A stretch of DNA of 64,000 nucleotides, taken from the IMG/VR virus record IMGVR_UViG_3300017763_000003; one strand, written 5' to 3'. The stretch's first letter is position 1, and every line of letters starts with the position of its first letter. The DNA is from a virus. Positions 34,444-43,428 of the stretch are shown piece by piece. The position numbers and the translations under genes are program-made. The notes below the pieces were generated by a model. That model was not told where the DNA came from. It did not search any database and saw nothing but the letters and a program-made list of their open reading frames with translations.

Positions 34444-36815
34444 GCGACGCAGATGTCACGCACTGCTCGGGAATGGAACGAGCACAGGGTAGCAGTGATG
34501 TCATAGCCAATGGTCAGGGTATTAGTAGAGAGGGCGATTTAAATACTGACCATCTACTTCCTGGATCTCCATGCCCAAGCCATAGTGTAGGCATTCAGTC
34601 TGGTGACCCAACTGTATTTGCGAATAAGAAAAGAATAGGACGAGTGGGCGATCCGACATGCACGCAAGTAGCCGAAGGCAGTCCGAATGTGTTTAGTAGT
34701 GGTGGTGGTGAAACAGCTGGAGTAGATACGAATCTACCAATCGGTGGAGTTATCTTTAATTACATACTCACGAGTTCAGTTGGTAATACTTGTAACGAGG
34801 GCGATGTTGCTACGATTACATTAGCTACTCAGAATCTAGCAGTGGGTACGAATGTACCTTATATCGTCACAGGTATTACGAATGCTGATATAGTACAGGC
34901 TGAGAGTTCTCCTCTAACTGGAAACTTTGTAGTTGGCTCTCAGGATACGAAAGCATTTAAGTTTGCGAATGACCAAGTCACAGAGGGCACAGAAAACTTT
35001 ACTATTAAAGTGACAACGCAAACTCCATTCTTAGGCAACGATACCCTTAGCATTGCTGTGGCTGATACTTCTAACAACCCAGTCTTTAGTTTGGTGGGTA
35101 CTACTACTTTGACACCACAGGAAAATACTGTAGGCAACTTTAAGCTGACTGTCGGCTCTGGTATTATTGGCGATACTTATCCCTTTACTATATCAGCAGG
35201 GCAAGGCAACTTTGATGAAATAGATTTAGATTACATAGCTGACCATAATGGTGTACAGACAACAATTAATCAGATTCCCTTTACTTCTAACTTTACTCTA
35301 AGAGATTTAGGAGGAGGAATAGCAGGTGATGCTTTTGATTTTAAAATAGCTGATGACTTCTCAAGAATAGAAGGTAGTGAAGTTATGACTGTAGCAGTAT
35401 CAGATGCAGGAAGTGTAGTGGCAACTCTTAACTTTACTTTAGCAGATTCGTCACTTAAATCGGAAAGTGCTTTAGTATATTCAAGGAATGTAATGCCAGC
35501 AGGAACTTATGGATTTGAAGATGTATCATTAAGTAATGGTGACCGAGCCAACGATCCTACTTATCCAAATGGTTATACTTCTAGCAATCTAGCCACTTAC
35601 CCTTATGCCTATGCTGGTACTTATGGCGACTTGCCTATGGGTTCTACAGTCACAGGTTCCATAGGAAGCAACCAATCATTTAGATTAAATGGAATGAATC
35701 TAGTTTATGTAGAGGGTATGGGTTATGTATTTGGATTTATTTCCGAGGAGATTAATAACTTAGTTGGTGCTAGTAATACTGTGGACTTACACTATAACCA
35801 CGAAAGGCAGATGATAGTAAACCAACTGAATACTGATAAACCAAACTTACAAGATAGTCAAGCAAGTCCTAATCATCAGTTTGATACTTTCAACTATAAC
35901 ACAGTGGCAACAGCTACCTTTCAAACTGCAAACTATCCAAATAATTCTACATCTTCTGCATCTGGGATATCACAAGTTGCTTTCCCACATGATTATAGTA
36001 CAACTCCTGCTACTGACTATTCATATCAATCTGCGACTGGTCCTTACCATTTATATGGAGCATATACTACAACTCCAGCAGTAAGTGGTGACGAAAACTT
36101 TAGCACCTATGGAAACAGACAACATATAAATGGACAACCTCGTGCCAGCAACTGTGGTTCTATCTGGCATATCTGGTTCTTCCGAGCAAAACTATCAAAC
36201 GGAAATCCTGACTTACGACCAGCCCAAACAAAAGACTTTACTTACTTTGGTTGGAATCCAAATGTAAATTCCTTTCGCTTTAGAACAACAGCATTCTTCA
36301 ACCACGATGTAAACTGGGGATCTCTCTGGGCACAAAATGATATTGGACCTGATGGTCAAGGAGATGGTGGTATAGATTTACAAACAGACTCACGAGTGAC
36401 ATTTGATACAGGAGTTGACCAAACTCTAGGTGGCTATGTGCATATTAAGATAGATTGTGGTACGAGTAGAAGTCAGTTAATTCCTGGAAACGCAGGAGGT
36501 GGCTTTATAAAAGATGGGGATTACTATGAGCAATATAATATAACAAGGACTGTCACAAAGTATGAAGGTCGGTACTTTAGTTTTAATCCTTTTAATTTTG
36601 GTTGGATATATTATGGAGAATATCAAGAAGAAGAAGTTATCGGACAAGAATATAGACAAAACGATGGTGGTGAACCTTATTTCACTAGCATGCCATTCGT
36701 AGCAGAGATAGAATTAATCTTTAAAATGTATGCTCCAGCCACCAATACCTTTGCGAGTAATAGCCAAGGAACTAATTTATGGGCAACTACACTTCCTGGA
36801 GGTGTTTCTGATTAA
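34422..36815 (+). CDS. PAAR (gp5.4-like) spike tip fused to Calx-beta/Ig-like domains and a unique C-terminal domain
   Basis: MPAVTRIGD..HCS...REGD..H...C..H...RVGD..C...GSPNVF; EGTENFTI and EGSEVMTV repeats. Confidence 0.85.
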   Translation: MPAVTRIGDADVTHCSGMERAQGSSDVIANGQGISREGDLNTDHLLPGSPCPSHSVGIQSGDPTVFANKKRIGRVGDPTCTQVAEGSPNVFSSGGGETAGVDTNLPIGGVIFNYILTSSVGNTCNEGDVATITLATQNLAVGTNVPYIVTGITNADIVQAESSPLTGNFVVGSQDTKAFKFANDQVTEGTENFTIKVTTQTPFLGNDTLSIAVADTSNNPVFSLVGTTTLTPQENTVGNFKLTVGSGIIGDTYPFTISAGQGNFDEIDLDYIADHNGVQTTINQIPFTSNFTLRDLGGGIAGDAFDFKIADDFSRIEGSEVMTVAVSDAGSVVATLNFTLADSSLKSESALVYSRNVMPAGTYGFEDVSLSNGDRANDPTYPNGYTSSNLATYPYAYAGTYGDLPMGSTVTGSIGSNQSFRLNGMNLVYVEGMGYVFGFISEEINNLVGASNTVDLHYNHERQMIVNQLNTDKPNLQDSQASPNHQFDTFNYNTVATATFQTANYPNNSTSSASGISQVAFPHDYSTTPATDYSYQSATGPYHLYGAYTTTPAVSGDENFSTYGNRQHINGQPRASNCGSIWHIWFFRAKLSNGNPDLRPAQTKDFTYFGWNPNVNSFRFRTTAFFNHDVNWGSLWAQNDIGPDGQGDGGIDLQTDSRVTFDTGVDQTLGGYVHIKIDCGTSRSQLIPGNAGGGFIKDGDYYEQYNITRTVTKYEGRYFSFNPFNFGWIYYGEYQEEEVIGQEYRQNDGGEPYFTSMPFVAEIELIFKMYAPATNTFASNSQGTNLWATTLPGGVSD

Positions 36816-36821
36816 ATCGGA

Positions 36822-36829
36822 ACTAAATA
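36822..36829 (+). promoter_or_regulatory. Late promoter
   Basis: ACTAAATA, 6 nt before the gp25 ATG. Confidence 0.7.
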
Positions 36830-36835
36830 GTTGTT

Positions 36836-37228
36836 ATGCCAAGTAATACAAGACAATTTACAGATCTCGATTTAAACTTTACACCACACCCAGTCACTGG
36901 AGATGTGGGGTTTAAGAATGATGCGAATGCTATAAAGCAGTCAGTAAAGAACTTGGTACTTACTCAAAACTTTGAGAGACCATTTCATTCTGAGATAGGT
37001 AGCTCTCTTCGTTCATTATTGTTCGAACCAGCTACACCTATGACGAAAGAAATACTTCGTAAGACTATCACCGATACAATTACGAACTTTGAACCTAGAG
37101 CAGATTTAATTGATGTTGTAATTAACTATACTCTAGATGATACTGCTGTAAATGTAAAAGTTATATTTAAAATACGAAATACATTTACACCTATTGATGT
37201 GAGTTTCACATTAGAACGAACTAGATAA
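36836..37228 (+). CDS. 25: Baseplate wedge gp25
   Basis: DLDLNF..HPVTGD, AIKQSVKNLVLT..ERPF, LLFE, FEPR, LERTR. Confidence 0.95.
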   Translation: MPSNTRQFTDLDLNFTPHPVTGDVGFKNDANAIKQSVKNLVLTQNFERPFHSEIGSSLRSLLFEPATPMTKEILRKTITDTITNFEPRADLIDVVINYTLDDTAVNVKVIFKIRNTFTPIDVSFTLERTR

Positions 37229-37246
37229 TTTTTTTGGAGTTATATT

Positions 37247-37405
37247 ATGGCAAAAATGTCAAAGAACTTTGTTCTTCATCAAGGAACAAAGAAATCCACT
37301 TCTCAAGGTAGAGGTGGTCGTGGTAGGAAAGTCAAAATAGGCACGAGCACCATGAACAAACACAAACGCAGATCCTTTAAGAAATATAGAGGACAAGGAA
37401 AATAA
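37247..37405 (+). CDS. Small highly basic peptide (52 aa, not in ORF track)
   Basis: MAKMSK...KKSTSQGRGGRGRK...MNKHKRRSFKKYRGQGK; SD GGAG. Confidence 0.8.
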   Translation: MAKMSKNFVLHQGTKKSTSQGRGGRGRKVKIGTSTMNKHKRRSFKKYRGQGK

Positions 37406-37414
37406 GGATTAAAG

Positions 37415-39262
37415 ATGGCAGAACAAAACAGAAGAATCAAACTAGCAGAGCTGGACTTTGATGGAATCAAAACCAATTTAAAAAACTATTTAAGGGGACA
37501 GTCTCAGTTTACTGATTTTGATTTTGAAGGAGCAGGTATATCTGTTCTCCTAGATTTACTGGCATACAATACACACTATAATGCTGTGTATCAAAACATG
37601 ACAGTAAATGAAATGTTTTTAGATTCTGCTGCTAAAAGAGAATCGGTAGTAAGTATTGCTAAGATGTTAGGTTATACTCCGAAGTCTGCGATATGTGCTA
37701 CTGCTACAATTCAAGTAGATGTGTCTGGTGTATCAGGAAATCCTGACACATTAACTTTACCAAAAGGTTCCACATTCACATCAACTGTTGACGGAACTGC
37801 TTATACTTTTCAAACAACAGGTGCTGCTACAGTAAGTAGATCTGATTCTAACACATATACATTCACGAACTTAGTTATTACTGAAGGATCTATGGTCACG
37901 AACACATATACTGTCGCAAGTAATACAAGATATTTGGTAGCCAACGCAAACTCAGATATGGTTTCTCTTGGCGTATCAGTACAAGAAGATCCAAATAATG
38001 CAGCATACTTAGGATATACTTTAATAGATAATATTGTAAATGCTGGACCACAGTCTAGAATATTCTTTACGAAAGAAGTTGAAGATGGTTTATATGAAGT
38101 AGAGTTCGGCGATGGTGCTGTAGGATTCAGCCCACCGAGTGGTGCTACTGTAAAATTAGAATACTGTGTATCATCACTTTCTGCTCCGAATGGTGCTAAG
38201 TTATTTACATACACTGGTGGAAGTTTAGGTTCTGCTTCTGTCACAATTACTACTACATCTGCAGCAGGTGGTGGTGTTGACCAAGAAACTATTGACTCAA
38301 TTAAATTTAATGCACCTAAAAGTTTCGCAGCACAAAACAGAGCAGTGACTGCTGATGATTATAAAGTTATATTGCCACAACTGTATGATAATGTAGAAGC
38401 CATATCGGTTTGGGGTGGAGAAGAAAACGATCCACCAGTTTTCGGTAAAGCATTTATTTCTATTAAGCCAAAGTCAGGAACAACACTTACCGAATCTACA
38501 AAATTAAATATAACAAATAATATAATTAAATCTAAAAACCTTGTGTCAGTAATTCCTGAAATAATAGATCCTGATACATTAGGAATACAAATAGATAGCA
38601 CAGTTTACTATAATAAAAATGCTACAAGTAAAGCATCCGATACTATCGCTTCGCAAGTAAGTGGTATAATTCAAAACTTTAATACAGCGAACTTAAATAA
38701 ATTTGACTCAGTGTTTAGATTTTCAGCATTAAGTAAAGAGATTGATAATAGCGATAGCTCTGTAGTTTCTAACTCTACTCAAGTAAATCTAAAAAAAGTT
38801 TTAACTCCTACATTAAATGTAGCAACAACTTATACACTACCAACAAACAACCCAATCTATAATGACGCAAAAAGTTTACGAGCATATATTGCTGTGTCTT
38901 CATCTGGGTTTACACTAAGTGGTTCAAATCTTACTTTCTTCTTAGAAGATGATGCCCTTGGAAATGTATTTACTTACTACTTAACAGGTGGTAATGAAAA
39001 AGTTTATAGTGCTCAATCTGTAGGAACAGTAAATTACACAACAGGATTAATAACATTAAACAATTTATCAATCAGTGGAACAACATTAGAAAGTGGTACT
39101 GTCAATATTTTAATTGAACCAGCTTCTTATGATGTAGTATCTGTACGAAACCAACTAGCAAGTATTGCTAATGAAGATATTGCTGTAACAGCGATAGCTG
39201 ATAAGGTTGCGTCAGGAGAATCTACTTCTTCTGCTGATTATGTACACACTCAAGTAAGGTAA
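37415..39262 (+). CDS. 6: Baseplate wedge gp6
   Basis: LDFDGIKTNLKNYL, LLDLLAYNTHY, EMFLDSA, LGYTP, FGDG, QNRAVTADDY, WGGEEN. Confidence 0.95.
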   Translation: MAEQNRRIKLAELDFDGIKTNLKNYLRGQSQFTDFDFEGAGISVLLDLLAYNTHYNAVYQNMTVNEMFLDSAAKRESVVSIAKMLGYTPKSAICATATIQVDVSGVSGNPDTLTLPKGSTFTSTVDGTAYTFQTTGAATVSRSDSNTYTFTNLVITEGSMVTNTYTVASNTRYLVANANSDMVSLGVSVQEDPNNAAYLGYTLIDNIVNAGPQSRIFFTKEVEDGLYEVEFGDGAVGFSPPSGATVKLEYCVSSLSAPNGAKLFTYTGGSLGSASVTITTTSAAGGGVDQETIDSIKFNAPKSFAAQNRAVTADDYKVILPQLYDNVEAISVWGGEENDPPVFGKAFISIKPKSGTTLTESTKLNITNNIIKSKNLVSVIPEIIDPDTLGIQIDSTVYYNKNATSKASDTIASQVSGIIQNFNTANLNKFDSVFRFSALSKEIDNSDSSVVSNSTQVNLKKVLTPTLNVATTYTLPTNNPIYNDAKSLRAYIAVSSSGFTLSGSNLTFFLEDDALGNVFTYYLTGGNEKVYSAQSVGTVNYTTGLITLNNLSISGTTLESGTVNILIEPASYDVVSVRNQLASIANEDIAVTAIADKVASGESTSSADYVHTQVR

Positions 39263-39268
39263 AAATAA

Positions 39269-41944
39269 ATGCCAAGTGCAGTAAAAGCAAAAGTCTCAAC
39301 TGTAGTAGGAAATCAGATACCTGATTTTATTACTGATGATTCTAATAATTTCAAACAGTTCTTAGAAGCATACTATGAGTGGATGCAAACTGTTTACCTG
39401 CCACAATCTCATCTAGAAAACATTCGTGATATTGATACGACAGTTGATATGTTCGTTGAGCATTTCAAAAATGATATTATGCAACCTATACCTGAGCAAG
39501 CACTTACTGATAAAAGATTACTTGCTAAAAGAATACAAGATATCTATAGATCTAAAGGTACAGAACAATCATATAAATTTTTATTTCGTATTTTATTTAA
39601 CGAAGACGCAGAATTATTTTTTCCAAAGACAGCATTACTACGACCATCTTCGGGAACTTGGTCAGCCAGAACTGTTATAAGAATTACAGACGCCACAGGT
39701 GGGGATCCTTTAGGATTAATTGGTCAAACTATTTCACAAACTCAAGCTGTAGGCGATGGTACATTTAGAACTGTCACAGGTTTCGTAGAAAACGCAGTAT
39801 CAACTCAGATAGGAAGTAAGACTGTCACTGACTTAACTATGGATGATGAGTCAATTACTTCAACTTTCGAAGCTGAAGATGAATTTAATATAAAGAGTAT
39901 TACAGCTACATCACTAACAACTGGTGCTACTATAACAGCCACAGTCGTTTCAATTATTACTGGCTTTAATATTACTGATGGTGGATCTTATTATGATATT
40001 GGTGATTTAATTACAATCGTATCACCAACAGGTAGCGAAGCTAGAGGAGAAATAACTGAGATTGACTCAGGTTCTGTTACTGGTGTCACTATCGAGAATG
40101 TTGGGGCAGGTTATAAAATAAATGATGAAATTATTTTTGATAATTTAGGAACAGGTGGACCAGGATCTAACGCAGCATTATCTGCTCGTGCTTCAGTCAC
40201 TAATATTGACCGAGACTCAGTATCGCTTGAGTCAGGAAACGCAGGTGGTGGAGGAACACTACTACAAGAAAATAATTTCGACATAGATTTACAAGAAGCT
40301 CCAGAAGAAGGAGCAATTAAACAAGTCACAGTTTTAACAGGTGGTGCATTTTATGACAGACTACCAACCCTTACACTACCAACAGGTGGGAACAGAACTG
40401 GTGGTAAAGTTGTAGCAACTTCTACTTCTATTGGTAAGTTAAGAAAAATAGAATTATCTAGATTTGGTATTGACTATAAAGTTCCACCTATTGCTTCTGT
40501 ACCAGCAATATCTATTTTACAAAATGTCACTGGCTCATTTAACGCAGGTGATACAGTCACACTTACAGCTCAATCATTTTCAGTAGAAGATGGCAGTGGT
40601 GGAGTGTTATTAGAAAGTGGCGATAATATGTTGGTAGAAAACCAGCAAGTATGTACAGGTACAGTAAGAGATTTTGATACAGTTAAACAAGTTTTAAAAG
40701 TAGATAACCCAAATGTATTTTTACCATTCGCACTTGAGGATGGTTCTGGTAGAATGACCACAGAAACTAGAGATACTTTTGTTCAAGAACAATCAGGTTT
40801 CTTCGCAGATAGTAATACTGTGACATCATCATCAGGTGGTAGTGGTAAAATTATTGACATTAACTACCCATCTATTACAACTTCGGTTGGTGCGACAGGT
40901 ACAGGGTTAGGAGGATACTTAACTGCTGATGGTTTTATTTCTGAGTCATCTAAAAAAATACAAGACTCTAGATTCTATCAAGACTTCTCATATGTAGTTC
41001 AAGTTGGTCAATCAATCGACCAATATAAAGATGCTGTTAAAAAATTACTACACCCAATCGGACTAGCATTATTTGGAGAAGTACAGATACAAACAATCCT
41101 AGCATCATTGATGGGCGATATAAATGATACAGAAAAGAAAAGATATCTGGTCGATTTATTATTACAAGTTATAATTGATGGTAAACTAAAAGCAGTCGGT
41201 AATTATAGACCTAATAGTGCAGCAGAACATAGACCAGATTTACCAAAACAAATTTTTAGTATTAACTTAGAAGCATTAGTTGATACTGTTCTTAATTTAA
41301 GAATACAAACTTCTGACTTTGTTAGTGAAATAGAGTTCCCTAACTTAACACCAGCAGAAGTAAATCTATTAGAACTATCTCCACTTAACATATCAGTAGA
41401 GGATAGAGTAGAAATAGCTAATAGAACTGCTTACGATTTACAAAAACCTGCTAGAAATCCTGTTGTAAGTTTACCACTAAGGAGTTCACAACCATTTGAT
41501 GGTTCGGTAAGACGAGCAGGGTTTAACTTAATAGACCTCGATAGGTATAAGTTCACATTTAAACCCTCTGTAGCAGGAACTAAATACTCTAATAGTGAAG
41601 GCACACCAGCTTTCACAACTAATGGACTTGAAGATGACCCACGATTGACATACCCTAATCCTAATTCTGGATATTATTCACAATATGGTAATACACAAAT
41701 TAAAGATTTTTCGGATGTTACTGTCGCAAGTATTATAAATAGTCCATATACGCAAGTTTCTTATGCGATTGAATCTGAAATTGGCATATTCAAACAGCCA
41801 GCATCAGGTTTGAGATTCTCTACACAGGATCCCGCATTCACTTTTGATGATATCGCATTTACATTCGATGCGGATAGTGTAGAATTTGATACAACTGCTT
41901 ATAATTTCGATTCGTCGAACTTAAAGTGGGATTTATTAACATAA
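39269..41944 (+). CDS. 7: Baseplate wedge initiator gp7-like
   Basis: QIPDFI..FLEAYYEW, YRSKGT, IQDSRFYQDFSYV, LLHPIG. Confidence 0.8.
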   Translation: MPSAVKAKVSTVVGNQIPDFITDDSNNFKQFLEAYYEWMQTVYLPQSHLENIRDIDTTVDMFVEHFKNDIMQPIPEQALTDKRLLAKRIQDIYRSKGTEQSYKFLFRILFNEDAELFFPKTALLRPSSGTWSARTVIRITDATGGDPLGLIGQTISQTQAVGDGTFRTVTGFVENAVSTQIGSKTVTDLTMDDESITSTFEAEDEFNIKSITATSLTTGATITATVVSIITGFNITDGGSYYDIGDLITIVSPTGSEARGEITEIDSGSVTGVTIENVGAGYKINDEIIFDNLGTGGPGSNAALSARASVTNIDRDSVSLESGNAGGGGTLLQENNFDIDLQEAPEEGAIKQVTVLTGGAFYDRLPTLTLPTGGNRTGGKVVATSTSIGKLRKIELSRFGIDYKVPPIASVPAISILQNVTGSFNAGDTVTLTAQSFSVEDGSGGVLLESGDNMLVENQQVCTGTVRDFDTVKQVLKVDNPNVFLPFALEDGSGRMTTETRDTFVQEQSGFFADSNTVTSSSGGSGKIIDINYPSITTSVGATGTGLGGYLTADGFISESSKKIQDSRFYQDFSYVVQVGQSIDQYKDAVKKLLHPIGLALFGEVQIQTILASLMGDINDTEKKRYLVDLLLQVIIDGKLKAVGNYRPNSAAEHRPDLPKQIFSINLEALVDTVLNLRIQTSDFVSEIEFPNLTPAEVNLLELSPLNISVEDRVEIANRTAYDLQKPARNPVVSLPLRSSQPFDGSVRRAGFNLIDLDRYKFTFKPSVAGTKYSNSEGTPAFTTNGLEDDPRLTYPNPNSGYYSQYGNTQIKDFSDVTVASIINSPYTQVSYAIESEIGIFKQPASGLRFSTQDPAFTFDDIAFTFDADSVEFDTTAYNFDSSNLKWDLLT

Positions 41945-41972
41945 ATTAAATTTAATCCAGGAGAATACAGCC

Positions 41973-43376
41973 ATGGCTGCAATTATAACAAGTAAATTTC
42001 GCATTCATAATGCGCAATCGTTTCAGGAAGGTTTTTCCGAATCTGCTGCAACGAACATCTACTTGGGGATAGGTCGTCCACAGGCATGGACTGATGACAA
42101 CTCCCCTGATACTCCGAAAGATACAGTCTCTGGCGAGTACTATCGTTGGGATGACATGATTGCTTTGAAAAGAGTTCAATCATCTGATGTCACTCTAGCG
42201 ATTCCTAGAAGAAACTGGACCTCGGGAAAATATTATGACATTTATAAAGATAATTATAATGGTGCAACAGCTGGAGTAAACATTGACAGTGGAGCAGGTA
42301 CGACACCTGCCACTCTTTTCAGTGCTAACTTCTTTGTTGTTACAGATGAATATAATGTTTATAAATGTTTAGACAATAACAATGGTGGGCAAAGCACTAC
42401 CAAACCAACAGGAACTGGTACAACTGTTATCAGTACAGCTGACTCATACAAGTGGAAATATATGTACACTGTATCACCAGCTGATGTGTTAAAGTTTGTA
42501 TCTACAGACTTTATTCCTGTTAAGAAAATTATAACCAACCCAGGATCTACCGATCCTTACTACAATCAATATCTAGTTGAGCAAGCTGCAGTTGATGGTA
42601 AGATTGAACATATCACTGTGACTAATAATGGTACATCTTATTCAGGTGCGCCAACTATCTCAATTACTGGTGATGGCACAGGTGCTGCTGCTGATGCAGT
42701 TTATGATAGTGGTACTAACACTGTCACTGGCGTGACTGTGACTAATGGTGGTTCAGGTTATACTTTTGCTGCGATATCTTTTTCAGGTGGTGGTGGTTCT
42801 GCTGCTGCTGCGACTGCAATCATTTCACCAAAAGGTGGACATGGTGCGAATGCTGAAGAAGAACTTGGTGCTTTTTATGCCATGATGAATGTTCGTTTAG
42901 AATACGCAGATGGTACAGGGGACTTCCCAGTAGATAACGATTACAGAAGAATTACATTAGTAAGAGATCCATTCAACTTTGGTGGAACTGTTGTTGCTTC
43001 AGCAACTACATTGAGCTCTACTAAATCTATGTCTTTCACATCACTAACAGGTGGTTCGTTGGTTGTAGATAGAACTTTCTCAGGTGGTACTTCTAGTGCT
43101 GTTGGTAGAATTATTTCTATCGATACAGGTACATCTACTATTAGATATATTCAAACTGCTAGTGACAACCCAACTGGTGTAAACTTCCAGTCGGCAGAAA
43201 CTGTCACTATGAATGATGCTGCTGGTTCGCCATCAGGTGTCACTTTCACTAGTGCTACTTTGAATAATCCAGAAGTTCAACCAGACTCTGGTGATATTAT
43301 GTATGTAGAAAACAGAAGACCAATTAACAGAGCAAGCGACCAAATCGAAGATATAAAAATTATCGTCGAAATGTAA
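41973..43376 (+). CDS. 8: Baseplate wedge gp8
   Basis: AIITSKFR, IPRRNW, VYKCLDN, YKWKYMY, PKGGHG, ENRRPI.R..DQIEDIK. Confidence 0.9.
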   Translation: MAAIITSKFRIHNAQSFQEGFSESAATNIYLGIGRPQAWTDDNSPDTPKDTVSGEYYRWDDMIALKRVQSSDVTLAIPRRNWTSGKYYDIYKDNYNGATAGVNIDSGAGTTPATLFSANFFVVTDEYNVYKCLDNNNGGQSTTKPTGTGTTVISTADSYKWKYMYTVSPADVLKFVSTDFIPVKKIITNPGSTDPYYNQYLVEQAAVDGKIEHITVTNNGTSYSGAPTISITGDGTGAAADAVYDSGTNTVTGVTVTNGGSGYTFAAISFSGGGGSAAAATAIISPKGGHGANAEEELGAFYAMMNVRLEYADGTGDFPVDNDYRRITLVRDPFNFGGTVVASATTLSSTKSMSFTSLTGGSLVVDRTFSGGTSSAVGRIISIDTGTSTIRYIQTASDNPTGVNFQSAETVTMNDAAGSPSGVTFTSATLNNPEVQPDSGDIMYVENRRPINRASDQIEDIKIIVEM

Positions 43377-43382
43377 TACTAA

Positions 43383-43400
43383 GTAGTGTATGTACACTAC
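43383..43400. repeat. Perfect 8-bp inverted repeat between gp8 and the next gene
   Basis: GTAGTGTA-TG-TACACTAC. Confidence 0.7.
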
Positions 43401-43428
43401 GAACTTGCAATAACAAGAGAAAAGATAG

